This document shows positions 12,930-25,290 of a stretch of 64,000 bases of DNA, piece after piece. Position numbers and translations under genes: made by a program. The notes beneath the pieces are model-generated. The model searched no databases, had not been told where the DNA came from, and saw only the letters and a program-made list of their open reading frames with translations. Origin of the DNA: Dicyema japonicum (taxonomy: Eukaryota > Animalia > Dicyemida); the NCBI GenBank assembly GCA_011109175.1, contig RDEW01000010.1, positions 290,494 through 354,493 on the forward strand, read 5' to 3'. Numbering within the stretch: the first letter of the stretch is position 1; every line of letters starts with the position of its first letter.

Positions 12930-15280
12930 ATTATAAGCACTTATCGCTATGTCATAGACTTGACAAAGCATGTGCAACACGAGTTAGCAAATCACTGGTT
13001 AGTTTCATCCACTTCCTCCTATTCAAAGCCGCAGTGCGCAACCAATCAAGATCCTCTCCACTTCCAAGATGTCGTCCCATTTCTTTGAGGTCCTCGTCGA
13101 GAACGACTGCCAGTGTCGTCCTTGGGCGACCACGGAAACGAGGGCTTCCAAAATGAAATAATCCTCCATGGCTATGTTCGCGGGGGCATCTAGGTCCAGT
13201 CGCAGAATATAGCCGAAAATCCTCCATTGTGTATCCAAAATCTCATTAGAAATTTCTGAGGTCTTTGTTCTCTTATAAAGAAGATCGGATGACATTCTCG
13301 TATAACTTTTTTTGAACATCATATGCTGCAGTTGGTTTCTATGAAACCCATTAAGCCTCTTCAGTTCATTTTTTAAGCAGGCCTAGGTACCAGCGTTATA
13401 CAGTAGTATGAGTTTCACTAGCGAGTTGCATAATCGAGCTTTTGTTATAATGTCAAGGCTTTTTGTGGAACAAATTTTCTTCAGTTTGGAGAAGGCAGTT
13501 TGTGCTGAAGTTTTCCTTCTTGTAATGTCTTTATGGTCTACAAGGAGGGATCTAAGCTTTTTGCACTTGCACCAGTGCTCCTCCGTCCTTGTCTCTTCCT
13601 TCTTGATTTCAGTTATCTCAGTCTTGTGCGGATTTACTGTTAGGAACCAATCAACTAATCTTCTATGCACTTTTTTCAACAAGCGGGTGAACGATATTTT
13701 GTTATATGAAATAAAATCAACGTCGTCAGCATACGCAATAATGTTTGTCTTTTCAACCAGTTTCGGTTTCGAATCTCGTAGAGCAACTTCAAGGTATATG
13801 ACAAAAAATATAGGTGATAATGGGTCTCTTTGTGGAGAGCCAACAGTCGTCTCAAAACGGCGAGACAAGGCTCTCCCGACTCTTACAGTGAGCCAAGTAT
13901 CAGCTAGGAGGGTGGTGGCCATTCTGACAGTGGAGCGTCTAGGAAACTCCCCAGAACCAGAATTAGCCTCCGTCTGTCGACAGAGTCGAAGGCCCTCGAA
14001 ATGTCGATTCCGAGGATGGTTGTAGACATTTTGAACTTTTGAACGGCCGCAGATCTCCACTTGTGGGACCACAAAACATCGGAAGTAGATCTTCCTTTTC
14101 GGAATCCGCTGTGGTATAGCGACAGAAAAGTATCTAGGCGTCCTTCCATCCTTTGTAATGTTATGTTCGCCAGAATTTTCCGAAGTGAATTCATTAATAT
14201 GACCGGACGGAGGTTCTCCACCTTAGATCTTGGTTTATTCGCCTTCTGTACAGGTATCAAGATACCCTCTCCCAGGGTCAGCGTGTGACCATAATAGTAC
14301 ATTTCATTCAGGATCCTAGCGATGCATTCATACAGCTTTTGGGTTCCATATTTGAAGAATTCACCACGAGTCCGTCGGGGCCAGGAGTCCTGTTGTTTTT
14401 CAACTTGGAACTCGCAAGTTCAACTTCATATGGTGTGATTTCCTCGTCCAATTTTCCTCGTTCTAGGTGATAGTGTCGTTCCTTGGATTGAAAAAGTTTT
14501 CCAAAGTGGGCAGCGATAATTTCCGCCACTTCCCTTTGGTCCACAATTGCGTTCCTTTGGCATCTCTTATCATTATCGGTTGATGGGTCTTTTTCCTATC
14601 ATCTGTTTTACAGCCTCGTAAATCTAGCGTTGTCCTTGAGAGATTTTATCTTTTTAATCTGGTCCAGTGCTCCATTTCTGTTATCCTGGCGTATAGTTTT
14701 TCTTATTTTTGCTTTGATAGTTTTTCTTTCTAGCCGCAATTTTGATTTTACGTTCGAATCGTCAGTATTTTGATATAGCATCCATGGTCTTCTGTTTATT
14801 GGCAAGGTCCTTCACCGTGTAAATGTCATTGTGCGATGGGATTTTCTCATTTTCTTTCAATAGATGCAGATTGGCTCCTTTATGTGCTTAAAATCCCAGG
14901 ATATTCCGGGAAATTTTCTTATAATAAAAGTAAATTTTCTTTATAATTTAAATTTATATATAAAAATCTAAAATCTAAATTAATGAATGGTAGATTATTT
15001 AAAAAATTGAAAAATTTTATTAAGTTTTATATTTGTTTATCTCTTTCTCTTCCTATTAGTGTGGTGTCATGTGATCCACCTGTCCAGGTGGCGCTCAGTG
15101 CCTGGTCAGCACGAAAAATGATCATTTGCTCTCCCCCACTCCACTGGAGGTTTTTCCACAACTGCAAGTATGGACGTCTTGTACTTTTTATGTTGATTCC
15201 GGATGGACTCTGTTTCTGTCAAGTGGAAACTGGATACACTTAATTAGTTGTTTACTTTAACTTCTTTCTCGGTTAACAAA
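12930..15280 (-). mobile_element. RTE-like retrotransposon with 5' leader, internally deleted and frameshifted
   Basis: PGPDG, LRPVILMN, SGFRKGRST, DISRAFDSV, PQRDPLSP, YADD, GRPRTTL and WLRTAALNRRKW. The conserved leader motif lies at 15040-15270. Confidence 0.9.
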
Positions 15281-15339
15281 CAAATAATAAATAAATTTCT
15301 TACTTAGCTAATTAATATTTATTTATCAAAAACACAAAA

Positions 15340-16060
15340 ATCAATCAAAAATGATCTCCGTCGACATAATCGATCTTCGTACTCTATCACGATTGTAACA
15401 GAGTGCTAAAGTCTGTGGCCAACCAGCATCGTCTTGCATGCTCGTGTCCGCCGCCAACCATGGGAGCGGAGCGTGGCTGGATGCACTCCCGTGTTCCTCC
15501 TTGGGGACCTTTTTGGACGATGACTGTATTCGGATTGGGATCGCACAACGCCTGGGAGTTAATGTTTGCGTCGAACCAATGTCATTGTAGAGGGATCGTC
15601 GATGCCAAAGGGCTGCATCCGTTTTGTGCAAAAGGAGTGCGGGCAGAGCACTGCTATGAACAACATTGTCATGCGAGCTCTTGAAGCGGCAGGCTTCCCG
15701 GCAGTACTGGAGCCTGTGGGATTGGACCGCGGAGATGAGAAAAGACCGGGTGGGTTAACTATCTTTCCGTTCACCGAGGAAAAATCGTTCCTATGGGACT
15801 GCACTGTTGTGGATTCTTTCTCGAACTCAATGACTCAGTTCGGCTCAGTCTGCTGAATCGGCAGCCGATCTGCCGAGTAAATCAAGATTAAAAAATATGG
15901 CGAAATTGGAGACCGCTACCGTTTTGTACCGGTAGCAATCGAGACGTCTGGTGCGGCCGGAAGTATTACAGCCTCTTTCTTAAAGGAAATCGGGGGAAAA
16001 TTGTACCCACTTTCATATAAAGAGGTACATCCGGACCCACTTTCATATTCTCTTGAGGAG
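15340..16060 (+). mobile_element. CRE-clade (REL endonuclease) retrotransposon 3' fragment
   Basis: EPVGLDRGDEKRPGGLTIFPF..KS..WDCTVVD, K..KY and FVPVAIETSG (restriction-like endonuclease). Confidence 0.85.
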
Positions 16061-16079
16061 GCTCGAATAGTCTTCCAAA

Positions 16080-17150
16080 CTTTTACAATGGATCTATTTT
16101 TGTCAAAAGATAAGAGAACGTGCTTCCATCTAGATATCTGTGCCTTGAGCTCCCTTTTTTTATTTCATTAATCAAAGACCTCAGCCTGAGCTTGTCCTCA
16201 GTAGTTAATCGGTCAGACTTTTTTAATTGGTTTCTTTCCTTGATTAATGCAGATCTGCCATATCCTCTAGCGTAGTTAAGGTGGTATTTAGGCACAGATA
16301 GTGCCGTTTACATAAGCTACTGCATCCAGATACTGCAGTGAGCTCTCAATAGGTATAGGAAAAGTTTACAGTCTGCACGTTTGTGGTTGAATTGCTCTGG
16401 AAATTTTTTCCCAGTTTAATTTTCTCTATTGATCTTCAGAAGAATAGCTTTTTAGACACTTATTGAGTTGTAAGTGACTGACCATGCCGATATTGCAGCC
16501 AAGTCGGGAGAACAAAGCGTGATGCTTGGAGAAGTTAGTTGGTCTGACTCCCTGAAGGGGGTTCTCGTATCTTTTGACGAGTAATTCATGACCGTGAAAA
16601 GATCTGTCTGCCGTTCAAGGAAGCCAAAGTGGATAATTTTGGTATAGCGTAGTGCTTCGGGCAAAAACCAGATGGAGGCATGTAGATGTTCCCAAAGGTA
16701 ATTTTCCATTTGTTATAAGTGAAATTGAGTTGATTTCAGTAACATTGTCGTCTTCCAAGATATTCTTCACCACTGAAAGATTTCCATACATTAAAGATCT
16801 TTCCGATATAAAATGAGTCTTCTTACGGTTAGTCCTTATTGACTTGTATCAAGTAAACAGCGGGGTAAGACTATTTAATGGGAGTTTCGTCTTTTCTATA
16901 AAAGCCACATTGATCTTCAGCTCGGCCAAGAGAGAACGGAGTCACAATACTTTGCCGCTTATTCCATTGACGTTTAGCTGTAGAATTGTGGTCTATCTCT
17001 TGGGATGGGCTAAGGGTTCATTGCGGGTAGTCGAAGCTGAAAGTGCGTGCCACCAGGGAAAAAGTATCCTCGAGGTATGTGTTAATGGTTCAATTCGGAG
17101 TATCCGTTACCAATACTTAAAGAATTGGTGAACCAGATAACGCCACGCCA
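16080..17150 (-). mobile_element. APE-type LINE 5' remnant
   Basis: The minus strand near 16985 reads ILQLNVNGISGK (APE N-terminal motif); degenerate downstream. Confidence 0.55.
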
Positions 17151-17298
17151 AAAATTAAAATTGTTCTGATAGTTTTGATTGTTGCATTTAAATAATAGAA
17201 ATTAAAACTAATAAATTTTAAAATTAAAAGATTGAGTATTTATTTTAATTTTAATTTGATCCTCGTTTTATTCTGATAGCCTATTTGGATAATTTTGA

Positions 17299-17867
17299 AT
17301 GTCGGCGATATTAAGAAGAATTATGAATCCAACTTATTTTGCTGGGCTCTGCCGAGTTAATTGTTCCAGGCTGACCTATTCACGGTCGTTGTATTCCCAT
17401 TCTCAGTCGCTTGTCTATCGAACTGGATTTATAACTATGAGAAGAAACTTTTCTAGTCAAAACAACAGCAATACACTCATACAGCGATTCAAATCTCTTT
17501 TTAAACGATATGGCAAAATTGTGGGTGGTTCACTTCTCCCTTAGTATTTTCTGGGCCTTTTTTGCCTACCTAATTTATACCAGGTTTTTCGTGAAATTGA
17601 TTTTAGTGGATTTGATGTTTTCTCCTTCATTTCAAAGCTGAATCCCCTTCATACATTGAAGAACTAATAAACAAGCCTGGGGTTGGAGTTGGGGCCAATA
17701 CCTATCTTATTTACAAGTTGCTCACACCTCTGAGATATTTGGCCACCATTGGGATTACTCGTTCTGTTGTTAAGATCTCCATTAAGGGGAATTATGAAGC
17801 CCATTCCAAAGGAAGAAAGAATAACCAATTTATTAAGGAAAAGGCAAAAAGTAAACTTAAAAGTTAA
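17299..17867 (+). CDS. FAM210A: FAM210 (DUF1279) mitochondrial protein
   Basis: Arg/Ser-rich presequence, then QRFKSLFKRYGKIV.VVHFSLS..W, YLIYKLLTPLRY.ATIG and GIMKPIP. Intron 17584-17606 (23 nt). Needs about 3-4 small frameshift corrections. Confidence 0.8.
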
Positions 17868-17947
17868 TTTTTGTTTTTAATCATTTTAATAAATTTTGAA
17901 TTAAAATATTTAATTAAGTTAAGTTTCAGTTATCTCTTGTGTTCTCA

Positions 17948-19087
17948 ATGACTGATGATCTACGAAAGCTTTTGGCCGAAAAGAGACAGCATTATGACTC
18001 CCTTTGCCAAGTAGTCACATGTTAATCATTTTAAGGGAACCAAAAAACGTTTCATGAAAAGATCTGAATTAATTACCATGAAAGTTTTGAACCTGAGAAA
18101 TCCGAGATCTTAATCAAGCCACAAGATGTGATTCTTGAAGCAGAAGTGAAGATCATCCCAAAAAACGAAGATGAAAGTCATCCCAAACCCTCAATGCCCC
18201 GTAAAGATGTTATACGACTCCGCGAATTGAATGCCCCAATTTTGCTGTTTGGTGAGTGTGAATACGATGCCTTTTCTCGTTTGAGGAAACTGGAGATTGC
18301 TGAGCCCGATTTTAACGAAGTAGCCCTTTTCATTACCACAGAGCTACCAAAACGACTTCCGAGAGGCCATGGCGAGGGTTGACGAGGAATATCTCACGGA
18401 AAAGATAGGAACCGACGGAAAGGCCAGCGGACGAGGGAAGCCATCCCAGTCAGGGACCACACATAACATTGACTACTTTTTGGTAATATAAGTAGTATTA
18501 ATTTGTAGCGGATGAAGGAATCCTTACCCACGAGAAGGGGAGAACCTTTAGACATAAACCAGTCAAAACTGGTGGCGGATTATTTGCAGGTAGGACTCTG
18601 CCATTACTACAGTTCATTTTGAGGGGATGGACGGACCAACTCAACCGTCGTTCTGACTTGGAAAAGACGAGCACTGAAGGGAAGAAATTGAGGGCCATTC
18701 ACAGACAGACTATTGAGTACCTCAGACCACTGTTCAAGATGTTGACGAACGAGACGCTGAATAAGGACATTTTGGACGGATTAGTGAGTGTGGTGAGGTT
18801 CTTGATTGAGCGGAACTATATAAAGGTTTGCTTAGTGCTTACCGCAGGCAAATGATGTTTACTTGGAGATTGCTATTGGAAACGCTCCATGGCCAATTGG
18901 AGTGACCATGGTGGGGATTCACGCACGTCCTGGGAGAGAAAAAGTGTCTTCTAAGTATGTTGCCCACGTGCTCAATGATGAGACTCAAAGGAAGTTTCTA
19001 CAGGCTGTTAAAAGACTGATTACTCAAAATCAGGAGTTGTTTCCCACTTTTCCTCACCGTAGTGTTAATTATATTAAGAAAACTTGA
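17948..19087 (+). CDS. PRPF18: Pre-mRNA splicing factor 18
   Basis: [14 protein letters not shown] (PRP4-like motif) and [24 protein letters not shown]...[18 protein letters not shown]. Introns 18011-18035, 18320-18341, 18483-18508, 18590-18612 and 18826-18847 (22-26 nt). One frameshift near 18075. Confidence 0.95.
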
Positions 19088-19699
19088 ATTGTTACTTTAA
19101 ATCTTTTATTTTTTGTGTTTTTGCTTATTTTGTCTAACAAAACCGTTGTCGCTCGCTTCATATTTAGTTGTCAGTAGATTCCTACGCAGTTACCTAGTTG
19201 GCCAAATGATTTCTCTTCTTCTGGATGCTTCATTCACCTAACTTAGAAGACACTCATGTCTGGTTGGCACCTTCTTTTTATCTACTCCAGTGGATGGGTT
19301 CAGATACCTGAAAAGGATATGATGCTGGGACTTATTACTCCGACCTGGGAAACTGGATAAAACTTATTTTGGGTATATTCAGGTTATTAAAAAACAGAAC
19401 GATTTTTAGATGCTTAATAAATATTACGTGAAAAGCAAGCATATAGAAGAGCTTGGAGAGATTTCTTTTTTATTCGCAGTGTCTCTAATTTGTGATTTCC
19501 CATGCAAAAAAACAGTTATATCCATATCATGACAGAACTTTTCTTATTTTCTTGCTTAAGAATTTAAGACGAGATGTCAGGGTTCATGCAAGAGATATGT
19601 CATGCACCAAGCCAAGTCCAATTGATAATAATGCGTTAATATTCTTTTGTGTTCATAATAATTATGACAGCTAAATTGATGTTAGTGATCATGTCAACA

Positions 19700-20030
19700 T
19701 CGATATAAAGGAAAAAGTTTGAATCTCTTAAGTTAGAGTTGGTATTGTCTTTTTATCGACTTTTTCGTGGCGGGATTGATGAATTACGTCTTGGGCATGA
19801 AAAATATCATCTCTGGAAACACTACCGAAGCGGGACGAAACCGAAGAGTTCGCTCGCTTTTGAGGTCACATTATTGATTCTTCTACTGGGTAGATGAGTT
19901 CGCTCGCCTCTAAAGATAACAATATTGATTTTTCCACTGGTGGAAGCAAGGTGATCCTCTTGGACCTCTTTTACTATTGACCACGTTATTCGGAAGATCT
20001 CGGCCAACTAAATATATTGCACCTAGATGA
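19700..20030 (-). mobile_element. CRE-like RT fragment
   Basis: KGVQEDHLA-like and V..DD-like degenerate motifs. Confidence 0.4.
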
Positions 20031-20232
20031 TGGAACGATTGAAGAAGACGTCTCGATATTTGACGATTCGAAATGGTTATTCCCGTTTTTGACATACTCG
20101 ATGCAATTAAAAATACTGAAAACAAATTATAAATGTTAGCTTTTCGCCGGACTAGTTCTCAATTGTTCGAAATCGCCTTGAATTCTTGTTTCCTTGTGCG
20201 AGGATAGTCGAAACGTTTGATACAGCTTATTA

Positions 20233-20278
20233 CAGTGAAACTTCTCGATTAAAACAAGCGATTCGAGAGGTTTTACTG
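20233..20278. mobile_element. Minimal 46-bp MITE of the same family as 11250-11370
   Basis: TA|CAGTGAAACTTCTCGA...TCGAGAGGTTTTACTG|TA. Confidence 0.7.
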
Positions 20279-20747
20279 TATTCTGCAACTAAAATGCCAT
20301 GAAAATTATTTATGACGGTGGTCTATTACTATCTAGAATATTTATTGTTGGTCATACATTACCATGGATTGGATTTTTTTATTATCAATCGCATTTAAAA
20401 TTAATGAAATCTTGGAAATTAAGTGTCTGTCCAACATTATTTAGTTGTGCAGCTTGATTTCACACAGTTGCGTATGGGGCAGAAGTCATGACATTTGTAA
20501 CATTGGATCTCGGTCTTCCTATACTACTCGGCATTGACTTTTGTAAAGCCAATTTTTAGCCCTAACGACTTTTTTATGTCTTCAAAACGTCGAGAGTTTT
20601 AATTTTCCAGAAAATTTTCCATTAAGGTAATTTTTTAAGTTCTCATATTTCAACCCAAATGGGGACGTTCACTAAAGCAATCGACGTAGAGGGAAATTTG
20701 AATAGAAGATCCATTAACTTCACTTAATTGAGGCAGACTACCCACTC

Positions 20748-21098
20748 ACTTATTATTATTACCCCCAGGATCACTGGGTCAAAGAGAAAGAAATAAAAGT
20801 TCCCATCTAACTAAGTGATCCCAGACCGACAAAGGAGAGACGAGTCCGGCGGGTCGAGAATCCTGAACAGCTCTTCTCATTGAAACATGGTATCGGCTCA
20901 AAATTTCTGTATAATTGTAGAAATTTCGATAGTGTATGGAATAGAGGGCAGCTCGGTAAACTAGCCTCCTTTAAAATTTTCTGTTTTTATTCGATTAAAA
21001 AAGTTTTAATGGGCTGGATTTTGTGTTCTGGTCCAATTATCCTTATTGCAGTCTTCTCGATTGCGGATAGTTTCAATGAGGAGGATCGGATAGTTTCA
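20748..21098 (-). mobile_element. 5'-truncated Ingi/I-like LINE 3' end with (TAA)n tail
   Basis: The reverse complement aligns with 34850-35080 and ends in GIT* plus 3' UTR plus (TAA)n. Flanked by ACCCACTC direct repeats (20740, 21099). Confidence 0.75.
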
Positions 21099-21210
21099 AC
21101 CCACTCTTAATTTTTTAATAGAAAATAACTAAATCAATTCATTTTAGTTAATTGACTATTACCATTTTTTTTACTTTTAATTTAAAAAACGAACTTTAAT
21201 CATTTTAGTA

Positions 21211-22390
21211 ATGTCTTTAGCACAATTAACCACATTATAAAATGCACTGAACAGACTAATAGCTTTAATCGCCAAAATAAATTCAGTAGACATATTGGTT
21301 TCTAAAAACATGGTTATTGTGTAAAATAACTCATGTTATTATGTAAACTATGCTTAACGACAGTGAAGTGCTCGAAAAAGCACTTTGTAAACCTTCACAT
21401 GTTGTTAAAGAAACATAAAATTTCCAATGGTAAGGATTTGTGATATGACATAGATCTTTCGACAACATTTAAATGAATCTGAAAATTAAATGAATCTGAA
21501 ATTGGAAATTCGGATTTGAAGGTGACTAAGGCTCTTCTGAGATGTGCCATTCTGCTTAACAAATTATCAATCATTTGTTCATTGATCTTATCAAATACAA
21601 CCAAATTTCCCTTCCTTCGCAATCGCAAGCAAGGAACTGTGCCAAATATATTAAAAATAAATACATAGCTTCATTCAGGGGCATATTCATGTATTTCATC
21701 AAATTTTATTTTCTAGAGAACACAAAATTTTTTGCGATAACCGATGAAACTCGAATCCGAAACAAACGATATGTCGCGGTTTTGATGGGATCAAACAAAA
21801 TGCCTAAAATTACTTATTTGGTCTCATTCAAGCCAATTGAGTCTGCACCTACAAAAAATATTATAGCACAGATTGCTGATGATTCGATCCGAAATCTTAT
21901 GGTTGAACATGATAATTTTCTGCTTCTTATTTCTGATGCTGCAAGGTATATGACTATTGTTTTAATTCGCTTAGTGCAATAGATTTCGGGAGATAAAACA
22001 GGGTCAAAAAATATTTGGAGAGAGAATTTTGAAAAGCGACCTAACTAAAATTATTAATGTGGAATGTAAAAATGTCTCTCCTGAAGATTATTCGTTCCTT
22101 TTATATTGTCAGCCATCCTCGGCATCTGTCGAAAAATGTTTTTCGCAATTCAAGAGTTTTTGAGGACAAACAGAAACTTTTGTATACGAAATCAGGAAAA
22201 TTACGTAATGTTAATATTAAATAAATAGTCTTTAAACAACATTTGTCTTTTATTGTTTCGTATTCATATTTTACAAGTTTAAATTGAGAATAAAGTTAAT
22301 TTTTTTTTTTAAGGTTAAAAAGTATGTTTATAGGTTAAGTTAACTTTTTAAAGTTAAATTTTTTTCAAGTTTTGAGGTTCAATACTGTTT
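21211..22390 (+). mobile_element. hAT-related (DUF659/CGGBP1-like) transposase remnant
   Basis: ITDET, FLLLISDAARYM and CQPSSASVEKCFSQFK..L..NRNF; stops and an internal deletion. Confidence 0.7.
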
Positions 22391-23154
22391 GCCTAGGCAG
22401 GAAAAATATTGGGCCAATTTAAGTGATCTTACTGAATACTGGCCAAAAACTATCCTAATCTATGGATGAGAACTCAATTTTTATTGCTTTCCCATCAACC
22501 TATTTAATGTGGCTTCAGTAAAGTAGTATTATTTACAAAAAACGAGGATTAGACTTGATGTTGTCAATAGAAGTGATCTACGCTTATAGAAGTGATATAC
22601 TAACAAATATTGTCTATACTTAGTAAATAGTTTTATTGTTGTTAAACATTGGGAGCCACAGGATAGAACATATTTAAAAAAATATCTTGAAATCATCCAC
22701 AACCTGTGGGAGAGCCTGTCTGGGAAAACGATTGACAAGTTCTATATTTTAATTAATTTCAATTCTTTCATTTATATTATAATTAGTCATTTTTAACTCC
22801 ACATAAAATTTAAATATTGTTTCATAAATATTATATATTATGAAAATGTTGATAAAATTATTAATAAAGGAAGGAAAAAAGGAAAGAAAAAAGGTATTAT
22901 TTTTTGGTTTAACTAGACATTACTAAAAAGGTCAGAATCTGAAAATGAGAAAATAAACACTACCACAGGTAAGTTTAGAATTTTAAAATTGTCATTAAAT
23001 TAATTTTTATGAATGACTATAATAATAATAATAAAAATAAATGTTATAGATAAAATTATTATTTAATTATATTAAAATTTAATTTAATTTTTATATTATT
23101 ATTTTATTTGAAATAAAATATATTCTTCCTAACATTTGATTTATATACACGACA

Positions 23155-24412
23155 TGCAATATATAAGATTTATAACAGACACTGTAAACTACTCAAACCA
23201 GAGAAAAGATGATGAAGACGTTGACAGATCCCATTACTGCTGCCCTGATTTTAGCATTCTTCGCATTATTAATACTATCAAAACAGTTTGTTGGAGAACC
23301 CATTGCTTGTTGTCCCCCGCAGAATTTAAAAGTTGTAAATTTTTTTTTAAAAATTACATTTATTATTATTGAATTAACAAAGTGGACAACTAACATTCAG
23401 TTGGCCATTTTAGACTAAATTTTACCAAATATAATTTCAATTTTATTTTTAACCATAATTTCTATTTTAGGCCATTTTACAAAATTAACAGAAAGAGTTT
23501 GTCTGATGAACGGACTTACGTGAACTCAAACGAAGGGACCATCAGACTTGTTTACTACCAGTGGATTCATTTCATATTTTTCCTGTCCGCAGTGATGTTT
23601 TATGTTCCTATTTTGTTTTGGAGGTCAGTCGTGAATAATTGTGGAATTAAAATTGACCAGTTGATCTCCAAGGCTGAACTCTCTCAGGACCTATCTTTGT
23701 TCCACGACCATGAGAACATAGCTACTTTACTTGCGAATGAAATCGAAAATTATATCGATTCCAGACAGGAACGACAGAATGTGCCTAAGAGAACGATATT
23801 CAAGCAGATTCTATTCGGGTTGCCTACATTAAACAGCAACTTTATGTATATTTCGATAAATTACATGTTCACGAAATTATTATTTCTTGGAAATATAATC
23901 ATTCAGCTTCACTTCCTTAATTATCTCCTTGGAGTCGGCTTCCTTGAAATTGGGATAAAATCCCTATTCTATCATCAAGATGAGCGACCAATCACTTCGC
24001 CAGACTCACCATGTGCGACTTTTCAATCCGTGAATTGAACCGAATCCATGACTACAGTATTGAGTGTATTCTCCCAATGAATGTGTTCTTGGAAAAAATA
24101 TTTATTTTTGTGTGGTTTTGGTACGTTCTTCTGGCAATCAGGACTTTTTGGAATATTCTAGCTTGGCTGGTAAATTTCTTCATAATAGAATCGCGTGTGA
24201 TTTTTCTCCGACCATATCTCAAATTGCATTCCTTTATTTTTAATGAAGATATGGATACTCTAAGATATAAATTTGTTGAGAAATATCTCCGATCTGACGG
24301 ATTCCTTATTTTAAAACTCCTTTCAGGAAACGTGAACAGTCTGGTTGTGGATGATGTGGTGGACCAATTGTGGACTAATTTTTGTTGTCGCTGTTTCGAA
24401 GAAAAAGTTTAA
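23155..24412 (+). CDS. inx: Innexin (gap-junction protein)
   Basis: DDEDVDR, SKQFVGEPIAC..PAEF, C...GTY, YYQW, FARLTMCDF, CILPMNVFLEKIFIFVWFW and YLRSDGFLIL. One 139-nt intron (23332-23470). Four small deletion frameshifts (~23230, 23312, 23513, 23989). Confidence 0.92.
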
Positions 24413-24685
24413 TTAAATTTCAACTTTTTTTTAAATTTTTTGCTTAAATATATTTAATTTTAAGTTAAGGTTTTTATTTTTATAAATTATATCTAATTAT
24501 TGGGATCACATAATCATATTATGTCACATGGGCGGCGCGTAACGCATGGGCAGCCTGTTACATTTTTTCGACCTTGAAAAGGTCTTTTGATTATCCGACA
24601 TTATTATTATTCTTATTATTATTACCCTCAGGATCACTGGGTCAAAGAGAAAGAAATAAAAGTTCTCATCTAACTAAGTGATCCC

Positions 24686-24967
24686 GATCTGGCTTCACAA
24701 AAAGGGCTTTGACATTATAACAAAAACTCGATTATACAACTCGCTAGTGAAACCCATACTACTGTATAACGCTGGTACCTGGGCCTGCTCAAGAAATGAA
24801 CTGAAGAGGCTTAATTCATTTCATAGAGACCAACTACGGCATATGATGTTCGAAAGAAGTGATACGAGGATGTCATCTAATCTTCTCTATAAGAGGACGA
24901 AGACCTCAGAAATTTCTAATGAGATTCTGGATACACAATGGAGGCTTTTCGGCCATATTCTGCGACT
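24686..24967 (+). mobile_element. Internal RTE fragment nested in Ginger, between direct repeats
   Basis: TKTRLYNSLVKPILLYNAGTW...QWRLFGHILRL, closely matching 13200-13480 (minus strand). Confidence 0.85.
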
Positions 24968-25290
24968 GCGCGTAACGCATGGGCAGCCTGTTACATTTTT
25001 TCGACCTTGAAAAGGTCTTTTGATTATCCGACATTATTATTATTACCCTCAGGATCACTGGGTAAAAGAAAGAAATAAAAGTTCTCATCTAACTAAGTGA
25101 TCCCAGACCGACAAAGGTGAGGAGAGTGTCGAGTCCCTCTTCTCATTAGATTATCCGACATTTAATTTTATATATCCGATTTATGTTCTGATTTAATCCT
25201 GTTAAATTAGTTTTTTATTCATAAATGTTATGATTATAAAGATTTTATTTTTTATAGCGGTAAACCTAGATTTCTAGCGTGATTTATAGC

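Noticed and set aside
13408-14025. Long antisense ORFs (also 28993-29472 and 62455-63031)
   Set aside because: They are shadows of retrotransposon coding strands with no independent motifs.
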